A program made the translations under genes and the position numbers. The notes beneath the pieces are model-generated. The model did no database searches. It saw nothing but the letters and a program-made list of their open reading frames with translations, and was not told the origin of the DNA. Of a stretch of DNA of 64,000 nucleotides, positions 13,040 to 25,600 are shown in pieces. The DNA comes from Harriotta raleighana (taxonomy: Eukaryota): the NCBI GenBank assembly GCA_050575255.1, contig JBNZDD010013679.1:3906403-3970402 (forward strand). Reading direction: 5' to 3'. How positions within the stretch are numbered: the stretch's first letter is position 1; every line of letters starts with the position of its first letter.

Positions 13040-13358
13040 TAATAAAATAATCCTTGCATTTGATATAGCGCTTTTCACATCTTATCAACATCCCAAAGCG
13101 CTTCACAGAATATACTGTAAAGTGAATTGACTGTATGTTTGTGGGCGGAACGCGGCAGCCAATTGCGCACAGCAGTGTCCCACAAACAGTCGTGGATTGA
13201 AATGACCAATTTTATTATTGTAGTTTTTTTTGGAGGGATTATTATTAGGCTTGTGGAGTAAGGAAACTTGCCCAAGGTTTCGCCCTAATCTGCCTGGATT
13301 TGAACACAGGTCTCATGCTTGTAAGGCGAGTGCTCTAACCACTGAGCCACAGGAGCTC
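13040..13358 (-). mobile_element. tRNA-headed SINE with L2-like tail, near full length
   Basis: A/B-box head, conserved core gtgggacactgctgtgcgcaattggctgc and (ATT)n tail. Related copies at about 12600-12952, 14035-14225, 19935-20240, 22100-22420, 22975-23290, 30895-31220, 33540-33815, 46860-47110, 50140-50345 and 56885-57085. Confidence 0.88.
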
Positions 13359-14495
13359 CACAGGTTCACCTAAAGAGACGGACTCCAATTATGTACAACT
13401 TGATGCTGTGATGGGAGGAAGGCAACATGGGTATTTTGGAAAGATGGGATCAAATAAGTGGAGGGACTTTCTGCATGCAAGTGATCTCCTGTGATTACAG
13501 TATTTCACTTTTCAATTCACATTTGTGGACGGAATTTAAGATATTGTAAAGTGAGTGAAACTAGTGAAAGTTTTGAGCCTTTTTCCACCTGAATATTATC
13601 AGATGGTTGTTTACAGAGCATTTCCTGAAACAAAATCAGGTCGATATGAATGTAAGACATGTTTGTTTGTATAGGAATGTAGTACTGAATGTCATTATTC
13701 TAAAAGATTAAATGACATACATTTTCATATGTTGCTGTTAATTTAAACAAGTCTTGGTTGACTTTCCCACTCAATATGAGTAATAAATTTATCCACACAT
13801 TATCACCATATACAGTACCAAGTTATATGGAGAGGTACCGTAAATGGGGGAAGTGTTGCCTAAACACATAACATCTTACCTTTTATTCTGCCACAGCCAA
13901 ATATCACTTGAGAGATTAAAGCTCGACATTTGGACTTTGAACTCACAGCCTAACATGACACTCCAATGTAGTATTGAGTATATTGTTAGAGGATCTGTCC
14001 TTTAGATGGAATGTTAACCAAAGTCCTGTCTATAATAATAATAAATAATAATAATCCTTGCATTTGATATAGCGCTTTTCACATTTTATCGGTCTCAAAG
14101 AGCTTCACAGAATATACTGTAAAGTGAATTGATGGTACATTTGTTTGTGAAACGCGATAGCCAATTGCGCACAGCAATGTCCCACAAACAGTCGTGGATT
14201 GAAATGACCAATTTTTTATTATTATGTGATTTTTGAATGTTAAAGATCTTATGACGTGATTTGAAAAAAGAGAAAGGAGTTTTTCCTGATGCTTTGGCTG
14301 ATAATCCCCAGATAAAATTAGTCATTCACTTTGTGGCTGGTTGTAGGATATTGCTGTGCACAATTTGGCCTCAGCCACCTGCAAAATACATTCCTCAGAA
14401 ATGTAGTTCTAAGATGTTCTCACCATTATAGAAGCTATATCAACTGTAAGGATTATTATTATGATACTCACTTGTGGCTAAAAAGGTAATAGGTA

Positions 14496-15279
14496 CAGTT
14501 AACCCTCGTCGATCGTGGGGGTTACACTCCTGGAAAACTGCGTTGAGGAAGTTTAACAAGTAATGGGAAAAGTGGGGTTAGGGAAATCCAGTCGCAAGCT
14601 ATCTACTTCAAGCTGCAGAGAGCAGCTTGGGGGCGGGGGTGTGTGGGAGCAGAGAGCCGCTTGGGTGCTGGGGGGATGGAGCAGAGAGCCACTCAGGGGT
14701 GGGGGGACGGGGCAGAGAGCCGCTCAGGGGCAGGGGGTGAGCAGAGAACCGCTGGAGGGGAGGGAGGGAGCAGAAAACTGCTCGGGGGGCGAGTGAGGGG
14801 CAGAAAGCCACAGGCGGCCGGCTTCATTGCTATAAAGCGATAACAAAGCAGTAAAGCAATAAAAAGGTAATAAAGCAATAAAACCACAGCTAGGCTAAAT
14901 TACTGTTAGGAGACTCTCTCTCTCTCTCTGTCTCTTCTGTTTACTATGCAATGCCATCAGGATGCTCCGAGGCCTAAGAGTCATCGAAGAGTTACCCAAG
15001 GATGCATTGCGCGCGTGGCAGCCAGCCAAGGAATCGTCGGCTTTATTCAGGATCTGCCGGCTTCGTCAAAAGTGCACATGCGCGCGGGACCAGCCAGCCA
15101 AGGAATCATCAGATTTAGTCGGGAGTGGTCGGCATTCTCACACGTGCACATGCGCACAGGGGGACAGCCAGCGTGTATACACAAGTTTTACGCACGCTGC
15201 ACAAAAAAGTGATGCTTTTGTTTTGTCACTTAAACTTGAATTTGCAATCGATAAAGTTGCGTTCGACGAGCGTTAACTA
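14496..15279. mobile_element. Tigger/pogo-like non-autonomous element with internal G-rich minisatellite
   Basis: TA|CAGTTAACCCTCGTCGATCG ... CGTTCGACGAGCGTTAACTA|TA; gcagagagccgct-G-run units at 14615-14805. Confidence 0.75.
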
Positions 15280-17243
15280 TATATTACAACAACAAAATTA
15301 CATTTGCAGAGCGCCTTTCATTTCGGGAGGATATCCCAAGGCTGAATTTAGGTGGATTGCGTGTGAAATTCTTTTTAATTTTTTTCGTCTCCTCAAAATT
15401 GTTCTCAATCATCACTTTAGAAATATGTGACATGTAAACAGTGTTTTTATTTATTTATTTTTAGTTATTTATTGCTACCAAATATAATACATGTAGATTT
15501 AACATTTTTGTATTTGAAATGAGGGTAAGTATGGAAAAAATAGCTTCAAATACTTTACTATTATATCTGAGAGAATTACACATACATCATTATTTTCTCA
15601 ACAGGACCATGACTTATATTTTGCTCACAAAGTCAGCAGTTCATTCACTTTACAGTATATTCTGTGAAGGACTTTGAGATGTCTCAATGACATGATAAGA
15701 TGCTATAACAAATGCAAGGTTTATTATTATTGTATTATTATAAGGCTCAGGAACACTAAGCCACAAAAGAGCAATTGGCAGTCACGTGCCAAATATGAAT
15801 CATATGCTGAGTTTGGGTAATATTAAAATTAATTACCTTTAATTAAAAGTTGAGTGTTAAGAGTTCATCACATTTCTCTGTGGGTTGGTTGCAATGCAGC
15901 TGATAAGCAGCTGAATACTAACTGAGCCATTGATTGCTGTGTGATGAATTTGTAGTGAATTATACTATGAATATTTTATTGTGTCATGTATTGTACAGAC
16001 ATGCTTTTGAAAGCAGCACCTTTTGTCTTTCGTTACCGTTTCAATCTCGCAAGGCCCAAAAATTTCATTAAAATTACATCACACATAAAATATGCAGTCA
16101 ATTCACTTCACAGTATAGTCTGTGAAGAGATTTGAGACATCCCAAAGGTGCGATATGGCACTGTATGAAATGCAAGGATTAATATTATGATGGTGAGGGA
16201 TTGTTGGCCAGTACGCCAGGAAAGGGAAACTCTCTTCAGGAGGCAGAAAGACAGAAAATACCACACCCTTCTCTCTGTACTTGCAAAGCTCCACTGGCTA
16301 TCTAACCTTCAACACATCATTTTCAAGACCTTTAATCTGCTATTCTGCTCTGCACAATTCTCCAGGCTGGCCGCATGCTGTTTGGGTTTTAAATAGCTAA
16401 GAGACGTTTTAGATTTATTTAGTCAACAGAAACCTATCACCATTTAAAGAGTATCCAAACCAAGTTGATATTTCCATGCATCCCATCTTCACATGGAAAT
16501 CCCAGAGATTGATTGTTGGAATGGAATGTGAACTCTCTCCTTGGAGGGACGCATCCTACTCACCTAATTCCAGATAGTATTAGGCGCCGGTTGGTAAGAG
16601 CCAAGACTTGGGCACCTCAGAGTGTGCATTGGGTTGTCATAGTTAGTGCTGCAATTTGTTGGAAAGTCAATTACTCAGTGCTTAGATATTTAATTCTACA
16701 TTCGAAATTCAGAAAGTGGACAGATATATCACACAACACATTTTAGTACTGTTTTCAGAAGGTGTAGGATACAGATTTGACAAGTATAGCGGCAAATAAT
16801 GATTGCTTAATAATGTGGATACTGTTCCCTTTGCAGCTATTGTTCAGCTTCAATCAACACTCATCTTCCTTCATTAATTTGTGAACACTCTCCACACTTA
16901 ATCTCCACATGTCGCCCAGATTTTATGAAACCAGCTGTTCATACAGTCAGTGAATCATTTTTCATCTTTTGTAATGTATTTTTAAATCTCACTTATCAGT
17001 TATTTCTTTCCATTTCAGATCCTTTAACTCACACAATGCATAACCCGGCCCATTACATCCTCTTCCCAGGTTAAATATTATGTTTATTACATTGTTTCTC
17101 TATTCCTCATGTACTTACAAGGCTTCATCTAATGGTATCTAACTTTTAAAAATTAATAATAAGCCTTGTATTTCATATAACACCCTATGTCATCGAGATG
17201 TGTCAAAGCACTTCACAGGACATACTGTAAAGTGGATTGACTA

Positions 17244-17915
17244 CAGGCAGTCCTCAAGTTATGTCAGGGTTAGGTTCCTAAGATGTGGTGCAAGTCGAAT
17301 TTGTATGTAAGTTGAGTCACCCCCCTATAATGCTTCCAGTAACATACAGTGATTGGTTGTAGTGTATAGTGGGCTGCCCTCTCTCCCCTGCACCCCTCCT
17401 AATATGTACAGTACTGTAAATAAAATAAAATATTACTATACTTACATGGCTTCATTGTGAGTCTGGCACTCGATGTAACGCAACACAGGAGATCACACGC
17501 GACGTAGCGCAACATAGGAGATCACACGCGATGTAGCGCAACGCAGATCACATGCGACATAGTGCAACGCAGGAGATCACATGTGATGTAGCGCAACGCA
17601 GATCACACGTGACGTAGCGCAGTCTAAAGGCTGGAGAGTACAGTACCGCCGAGCTCACAGACTCACACAGTACCTGTACAGTACACACTTGTGTCTCGCC
17701 TCCATCCTGTTCCTGTCCTGAACGCATATCGTGGTCCCGTAAGTGTTGAGAGCGGCGACTCCAGTTTTCTATCGCGCGTGGGGCAACTAAAGTATTTACA
17801 TAGTAGTGTCGTAACTTCGAGACTTGGGATGTAACTCTGATGTAATTTTACTGATTTTAAGTGTCGTAACTTCGAATTGTCGTACCTCGAAATGTCGTAA
17901 CTAGAGGACTGCCTG
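17244..17915. mobile_element. Tigger-like non-autonomous element nested in a SINE, with internal ~26-29 bp tandem repeat
   Basis: TA|CAGGCAGTCCTC ... GAGGACTGCCTG|TA; gatgtagcgcaacgcag(ga)gatcacacgc units at 17471-17621. Confidence 0.85.
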
Positions 17916-18479
17916 TATTTTGTAGGCAAAAGAAAATCATTATGGTCACATTCAAATTTGCATTCGATAGCCCCTAAATCACGACATCAAAACACCTCAT
18001 AGTGTTTTCCAGGATTTACTGTAAAGTGTACTGAATGTGTAGGCAAATTCTGTGGCCACAGCAATGTTACACAAACATCCATAGAGTAAATATCCAATTT
18101 TATCTGGAACATTGTTGGCCAGGACAGCAGGAAAAACTTATTTCTCTTTGTGAATTGTGCCACAGGATCTTTAATGCTCATCTGACCTCAATTTAGAGTG
18201 TGGTGGACTGTGTGCAGATGTAATAAAATTGAATGGTCCACTTTGTAAGCTAGGAATGAGGGAGGTGGGGGGAAGGAAGATTACTCATTACATAAGAGTT
18301 AAAATGAAGTCTAAAAATACTTTACAGTGAGACATTCCCTTCTGACAGGTTCCATTTTAGACCAAGGGTGTGTACCTTTAAATAGCATTCCTTTCCCTTC
18401 TGCTCTGCCAATGGTTAAACATTAATTGTGGCTGAGAAGGTGGGCAGGCAACCTACTGCTCAACCTCCATCAACATTAA

Positions 18480-19250
18480 TCCTAAAATCTACTTGCACTT
18501 ATACAGCGCCCCTCCTGCTGGGTCACAACCCAGAGCAGTTGGCCGTGGCAGATTACCACAGCAAGCTGGGGGGAGTTGAGCCTAGGCACTTTCAAAGATG
18601 AAGGTCTTCAGTCGTGATCTGCAGATGGGGATGCAAGGGACAAGGCAGAGGGATAGGGGAAGAGTGTTTCATAGTTTTGGGGTGTAATGGCTGCGAGCTC
18701 AGCGTGTGAGAATGGAGGATATAAGAAACAATCAGGGGGCTGCAGCCAGTCGAGCAGAAGCAGTGGGTAGTGGGTTGGGGAGTAAGCAATTCGGAGAGGT
18801 AGTGAAGTGCCAGAGCATGAAGGGATTTAAAAACTAGTGAGAGGACCTTCAAAATTGATTCATTTGGTGAGAGGGAGCCAGTGTAGCATGGCTAGAAATG
18901 GTGTTGGGGTTATGGAGTTTAGTGCAGATGAGTATATGGGTGGCAGATTCTGTACATGGTGGAACTGGGGAGTCTGGCGAAGAAGGCACTTGAAAAGTTG
19001 AGTCAGGGGAGTGATGAAGACACGGACGAGTGTTTTGCCTACGTCTGGAATAAGTTACAGTTGGAGGTGGGCAATGTGGCAGTGACTAGATACAGGAAAG
19101 GGAGGACACCTAGAGTTTGAATCTGATGTTTGGGTTGTGCACTGGTTCAGTGAGTCTGAAGGATAGACCAAGGAGGTTGAGGAGGTCAGAGACACAGGAC
19201 AGAAAATGTTGACTGGAGCCAAGGAGTATGGTTTATGTCTTGTTAACATT
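18480..19250 (-). mobile_element. L2-type LINE fragment
   Basis: KVLSLVFKSLHALALHYLSELL motif; same pattern as the other L2 3' ends. Confidence 0.7.
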
Positions 19251-20378
19251 TAGTCCACCTTTCCATCCCATCCTCTCTCTGCTGAGTTTTAAGCCTATTT
19301 TCAATTTGGCAGCATCCAATGGTGTTGATGTCATGTAGCCAAATGGCGGGAACGACATAAAGCACACAGACAAAGTAAGCCTCAATAACCACAATAAAAT
19401 TACATTTTTAAAGTGCTGAGTTCTCCCACTGAGTACTCCACAGGAGTCCTTCTGGACAAGTATAGATAAAGATGAAATGTCTGTGTGTCAATCTAGATTT
19501 CATATTGGGGGGGGAGTCTTCAAGCAGTTGGACTCCAACTGCTCCCTTTGGCTACAAGCGGAGCTGGAATGGGTACAGTTAGTATCATTATAGAACAAAT
19601 CATCTCCTAAATATCAAGGCTGTGACCACACTTACTGGCTGCATTGAATCACAGGAAATGAAATTCTGATCCGATGATGGTTGTGCAGTTCTTGACGTAT
19701 TGAAGTACGGATAGCAACAACAACTTGGATTTGTATAGCTCCCTCCACGCCGGACGGTGACTCAAGAGCGCTTAACATTTCCGTTTGAAACAAGCCCCGA
19801 GAAACAAAGCCATGACCCATTGCCACGTGCGCATTGAATTGCAGGAAATTAAATTCTAACCCACAGATGCATACACACCTATCCTGTGCATTGAAATATA
19901 CACGCAATGTAGATTGATTAAATCATATTATAAAATAATATAATCCATGCATTTGATATTGAGCTTTTCATGTCTTCTAGACATCTCAAAGCGCTTCACA
20001 GAATATACTGCAAAGTGAATTGACTGTATATTTGTGGGCAAAATGCGGCAACAGCAGTGTCCCACAAAAGTCATGGATTTAAATAACCAATTTATTCTAG
20101 TTTTGTTTGTGTACGGATTACTGTATTATTAGGTGTAATATTAGGAGTAAACAAACTTGCCCAAGATTTCGCCCTGAACTGCCTGGATTCAAAACACAGA
20201 TCTCATGCTTGTAAGGCGAGTGCTCTAACCACTGAGCTACAATAGACCACAATAGCAATAGCGTAATCTGGAAAAAGGAGGGATTAAATGGGAGAAAAAT
20301 GCATAGCAGAAAAAGTCAGCATTGGGAGTGCTTGTGCTTAAATATACACTTTATGCAGTAGACTTGTGTTTGCCTACA

Positions 20379-20915
20379 CAGGAAATCCTCTATTTACTTT
20401 GGGGATGTGTCCATGGAAAACGCAATATTGGGTGAAACAACCTAAATCGAAACCTATTTTACCAATGACTTAATTATATAAATGTAGGATATGTTCCTGG
20501 GATAATTTTTTGGCCAAAATTTGCAGAAAAAATATTAAATAAGTACAAATAAAAACAAAAGATACCCAACAAGATGTTATTATAGGTTTAAATAATATAA
20601 GTTAGTACCAGTGAGTACAGAACTCTGAGTTGGTGGAGGAGATTACATTCAGAGGCCTGGTGTGGGGAGAAGTTACTCAGACAAAGAGGCCAGACCGTGA
20701 AAGGGAAGCCAAACTCAAGAGGTTGCTAGGTGCTAGTGCGTCATCACGTTCGCTGCCCAAACTACAGTAACTAGTTTGTGTGCATACTTTTAAATTTTGC
20801 GTTCTTCTAGTATAACATTAAAGTGAATCGATGCATTTTAAATCGAATCACATTCCCAAATTTGCTGTTAAAGGAAACAACGTAAATAGGAGCAACACAA
20901 ATAGAGGACTTCCTA
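20379..20915. mobile_element. Older Tigger-like non-autonomous element
   Basis: CAGGAAATCCTCTATTT ... AAATAGAGGACTTCCTA inverted termini. Confidence 0.6.
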
Positions 20916-22560
20916 TATCTCATACTTCATACAAGTCATTAATTATGGTCCTGACTTATACAAATTTTACTGTAATATAAAATGGAATTTGCGTAGGTGA
21001 ACACGGCAGCAATATCCTACAAACTCCCATGAAGTAAATGACCAATTTTAGCTGGGGTGTTTTTAGCCATGATACAGGGAGAAGGTCCCTTCTCGCGAGT
21101 CATACCATTGAATCTTTAAAGGCCACCTGAATAGACTGACCGGATCTCAATTAGTCTCATTTGAAGAATGACATCTCGAACAATGCAGAAACCCCTGCAT
21201 TGCAGTGGAACATCAGCTTACAAAATAACTTCCAAACTTCAACATGGGTCTGGAACTCACTGAGGTGAGAGATTTACCATCTGAGCAAGCTGACTCACTC
21301 TCAGTCTGTTCATAAAGAAAGAACATTTGAGAATACCAGAAATGATCAGGCTTTTAGTAGATAGTATTTATTGTTCATTTGCTATTTTATTCTGTGCCAA
21401 AGGCACAGGGCAGTTTCTTGGTGATTTTACTTGCTCCCTCCTCGACTGAAAATACTGCTGGATGTTCCCTTATAAATAATCAAAATATAATACATACTTC
21501 CCTCACTCCTATAAATACCAGATACATGGTGTACAATACTATTGGGAGCTTTGTGTGTTTGCCCCACACAAGATGTACAACACAATATTCAGTGCGAAAC
21601 TTTAATGAACACATTTGTGACTCTGTAGGGTTGCCATTGTGCTTAAGTAAATAGAGGTGGAAAAAAATATATTATTACATTGCCAGATCATCTGCACTGT
21701 GAAGTAACCTGGATTTGCTGTAGTTAAACTATCCAAACAAATGTTGTAGGAAAGAAATTCTTGTTGGTTTCGCAAGAATTCAATTTTCCCATCATTCCCA
21801 CCATAAATTTGTCTGGTGCTCTCTTGCCAATTCTGAGAAGGTAATTTTGGGAAGAGCTTAATACTTGGTTTTATTGTTTTAAGATCTCTGGGACACTATC
21901 CTGAGTGAGGGGCACTATAGAAATACAAATTGATGTTGTTAGTGCAGCACCTGTTCACATTGAAACATCTCAAAGGACTTCAGAGTGACACAGCAAAATC
22001 CAATTAACAACCATGAATAAATGACTATTGGGAGGATTGCTGGTTAGGACCCTGGGAGAAACTCCCTTTGCTTTTCGAAGGATGCTATAATAAGAATAAT
22101 GGTAATAACAATAATAATCCTTACAGTTTGATATAGCACTGTTTTAAAACGACTTCTAGACATCTCAAAGTGCTTCACAGAATATACTGTAAAATGAATT
22201 GTCTGTATATTTGTGGGTGGAACGCAGCAGCCAATTGCGCACAGCAGTGTCCCACAAACAGTCATGGATTGAAGCAACTAATTTAATTTGGGGTTGGGGG
22301 GGGGATTTATTATTAGGTGTGTAGCACAAGGAAACTTGCCCAAGGTTTCACCCTGCCTGGAATTGAACCCAGGTCTCCCACTTGTAAGGCAAGTGCTCTA
22401 ACCACTGAGCCCCAGGACACCACATGGCTATGGGATCGTTTAACATCCACCTGAAAGGGGACACAGCAATGTTGATCTCACAATAGTTTCAGTCTATCTA
22501 CCACCATTTGATTCTATCAAATATAACAATTAAACAATCCAGATACTTTAAAACTGAATT

Positions 22561-22566
22561 TTTATT
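22561..22566 (-). terminator. Candidate polyadenylation signal of gene A
   Basis: AATAAA 4 nt after the TAA stop; further AATAAA at 21367-21372. Confidence 0.55.
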
Positions 22567-22570
22567 GTAT

Positions 22571-22695
22571 TTACTTTTCTTCAACAACATCATCACGATG
22601 AAAGACTGGATTCTCAAAGTTCATGCTTTGGTGTGTTCTAGTATTCCAGCTTCGCCATTTCAGATAGCCAGCTACACCCACTACTGCCACCAACA
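22571..22695 (-). CDS. Gene A last exon: second half of TM plus cytoplasmic tail
   Basis: [41 protein letters not shown]; aligns with VLDLR [23 protein letters not shown]. Confidence 0.9.
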
Positions 22696-25600
22696 CTGAA
22701 ATACAAGAGAAAGGCTGGTCAGAAGGACTTGCATTTGGTAACAGTATCTTATATGTCAGGAAGAAGTCTCAGAGCACCTCACTACAACTACACTTTATGG
22801 ATGAATCAAGTAGCCAGTTTGCTACTTGATTCATTGTCATGAACTGCCAGGAAGTGAATCTTTGATTTTATTTGTTGGTGATTATTGGCCAGGACACTGG
22901 AACCTAATGTCCATCAAAATAGGTCAACATTACCTCTGGTTGAACATCTCATCCAAAGGATGGCACTTCCAACAATAATAATAATCCTTGCATTTAATAT
23001 AGTGCTTTTCACATTTTATCAACGTCTCAAAGCGCTTCATAGAATATACTGTAAAATGAATTGACTGCATATTTATGGGCAAAACGTGGCAGCCAATTGT
23101 GACAGCAGTGTCCCACAAAAAGTCGTGGATTGAAATGACCAATTTTTATTATTGTGTTTTTATTTGGAGGGATTATTATTAGGCATATGGAGTAAGGAAG
23201 CTTGCTCATGGTTTCACCCTGATCTGCCTGGATTTGAACACAAGTCACAGCTTGTAAGGCGAGTGCTCTAATCACTGAGCTACAGGAGCTCAATATTAAT
23301 GTTACGTCAAACTAGGAAGTAAAACAGATGTACAGTAATGTTGATCTAAAATTATCGTTAGATACAAGGCTTTCAAATTTTTAAAACCAAGTTTTTTTTT
23401 AAGTGGCTTATTATAACTTTTGCCATTTGCAGCTGTGCAATCTGATATACCCACTCTTGGATAGTTCTGCTTTCCAATAGGCTTTATATATCCGTTTAAT
23501 AACACAAGTAATTCACAAACATAATCCCAAAAACAGCATAACCCCAGCATTGTATAGCATTGAGTTCAAAGTCAGGACAATTCTTCCTACTGTTCTCCAA
23601 ATTGGAGGCAAATGCTAACAACTGAACTGGGCAATAATTGTGCCTCAAATAGATAAATGTGACATCAGTAAATTAAACCTGGTAACCTCATTCCAAAGCA
23701 AATGTTTGGACCAATTCTAATCCACACAAAGATACAATTCCTCAGTCAAGGATTTATTATTTTAAGTTTGAGTTCAACAAAAGCAGTTATGCTTCCAATG
23801 AAACAAAATTAAGTTGACAACGGAAAAATAAATCTTGGTTTTCTGTGAACCGTACTTACTCATGATAAGGACAACCCAGCCAGCAACTGTAGAATTTCCT
23901 GATTTATGAACTGAAGCATCCGGATTCATGTCTGGAAATAAGATTTTTTTGTTGTTGCAATTTATTGATCAATTTTCAGTGTCATGACATTTCAAAGTGC
24001 TTCATACAGCTATAGGAAGCCTGAACTTTGTGGAGGGTTTAGAAGAAAAAAAAGAAAGAAAATAAAAGCAGTTGAAAAGTATGCAGGTGGGGAAGGAAAG
24101 TGCTTAGCAGAGGGAGTAACTAGGGCAGTAGATCACAAAAAGGATAGGACAAGTCAGTGAGCATTTGAAACAAGGAGAAAGATCTCGAGTTGTACTCTCT
24201 GAAGGAAAAAGAAACAATATAAAGTCCCATCACCTAATTTATGGAAGAACATTTTCAATAGGAAAACTATGGCAATTGAATTAACAACAAGCAAAACATA
24301 TTAAAAGGAGACAATAAATTTGCACAGTCTGGAAGAAGTCTCTTGTTGAAAGTGGTCACTGAGTCATATCTCAGTGCAACAGAAAAAGTTGGTGTAAATA
24401 TTTTTAGTTCTAATTGCTTCTGTTGATCAGTGGCCATTATATTACCTCTGGAATTGGGCAAAACGGTTGGCAAATTGGAAGCGAGTTCAGTTGAAATCCC
24501 ACCAGGAGTTAGAATTGCTGTAGTTTGTCCAGTAGTGCTAATCAATGAAGCAGAATAGCGTAGAGATGCTGAAAAAATTAAATATTGCTTAGTCAATTCT
24601 ATTCATCCAGCAACTAAAACTTGAAGTTAAATAATTTGAGAGTGATATACTATACTTTGTATGCCTCTGTTAATCTGTGTTAACCTCTGTGTTAATTTTG
24701 TAACTGGAGTAGCAAGACCAGCAGGAGCCAAAGTCATTGCATTTGATGTTGAAAATAAAAACCATTTCAATCTCACAATTTAGTTTTACAATAAATAAAT
24801 AAATAAAAAATAGAGTAAACATTTAGTGCATTTAGAGAAAGACAACTTAACCAAAAATAAACATTTTCTTTTTTAAAGTGATCATTATTATAGAGTTGTA
24901 TAATACAATAGTTCCATTCAGCCGCTGGAACAAAATATTCAGATTTTCAAGATGCTGGGCATCTCTTAGCTTTACTCTATTTTAATATGCCAACATCTCG
25001 TCAGTACTATTATCTGCACAATTGCTCCTCAAAATCACTGATGCTTCAGAAATTCAGAAACTATAGTTAGTCAAGAATGTTGCTCAGTATTGAACACAAG
25101 TTGCTGCGCCAAACCTAAAAGAATACCAATCTTGGAAATCTGGTTGAGAGCAGAAATGTTCACTGATCCTGCCTCATCTCCCCACCGATTGGCAAGCTTT
25201 CAGGCATGCTGAACTCAGGAACTCAATCCCAGAGTCCTTCTGCAATACTAGAGATCTATAGGATCATCACACATCTAACTGAGTAGAGAAACATTGGCAT
25301 CCAATTAACTTTAAATAGCTCATTTTATTAGCTTGATAATTATTCAGTATACAGTAATACAATATGCAAACCATCTATAGTTTGCCATCAGTAGAGCTAT
25401 ATATTGGCAGCAGTTTTGCTTCTAATACTTAAATCTAAAAATGTCATATTGGGATAAATAGAAATTTCCAGTTCAATATGCCAAAGCAAGCCCCCACCAA
25501 CAAATGTCGCTTCAATGTACTTTTAGTTTAATATGAAATAATTTCTCTGTACAGTTAGGTATAATTCTTGCTTACCCGTTCTACATTGTAGTCCATTGTA

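Noticed and set aside
17471-17621. Regular short repeats resembling a CRISPR array
   Set aside because: No unique spacers, vertebrate context, and they lie inside a DNA transposon; this is a minisatellite.
13400-22500. Additional gene in the intergenic interval
   Set aside because: Only short ORFs from SINE, LINE and MITE sequence; no coherent exon chain seen.
24267-24596. 109-aa ORF as a standalone gene
   Set aside because: Its Ser/Thr-rich part is the O-linked exon of gene A; the rest is intron read-through.
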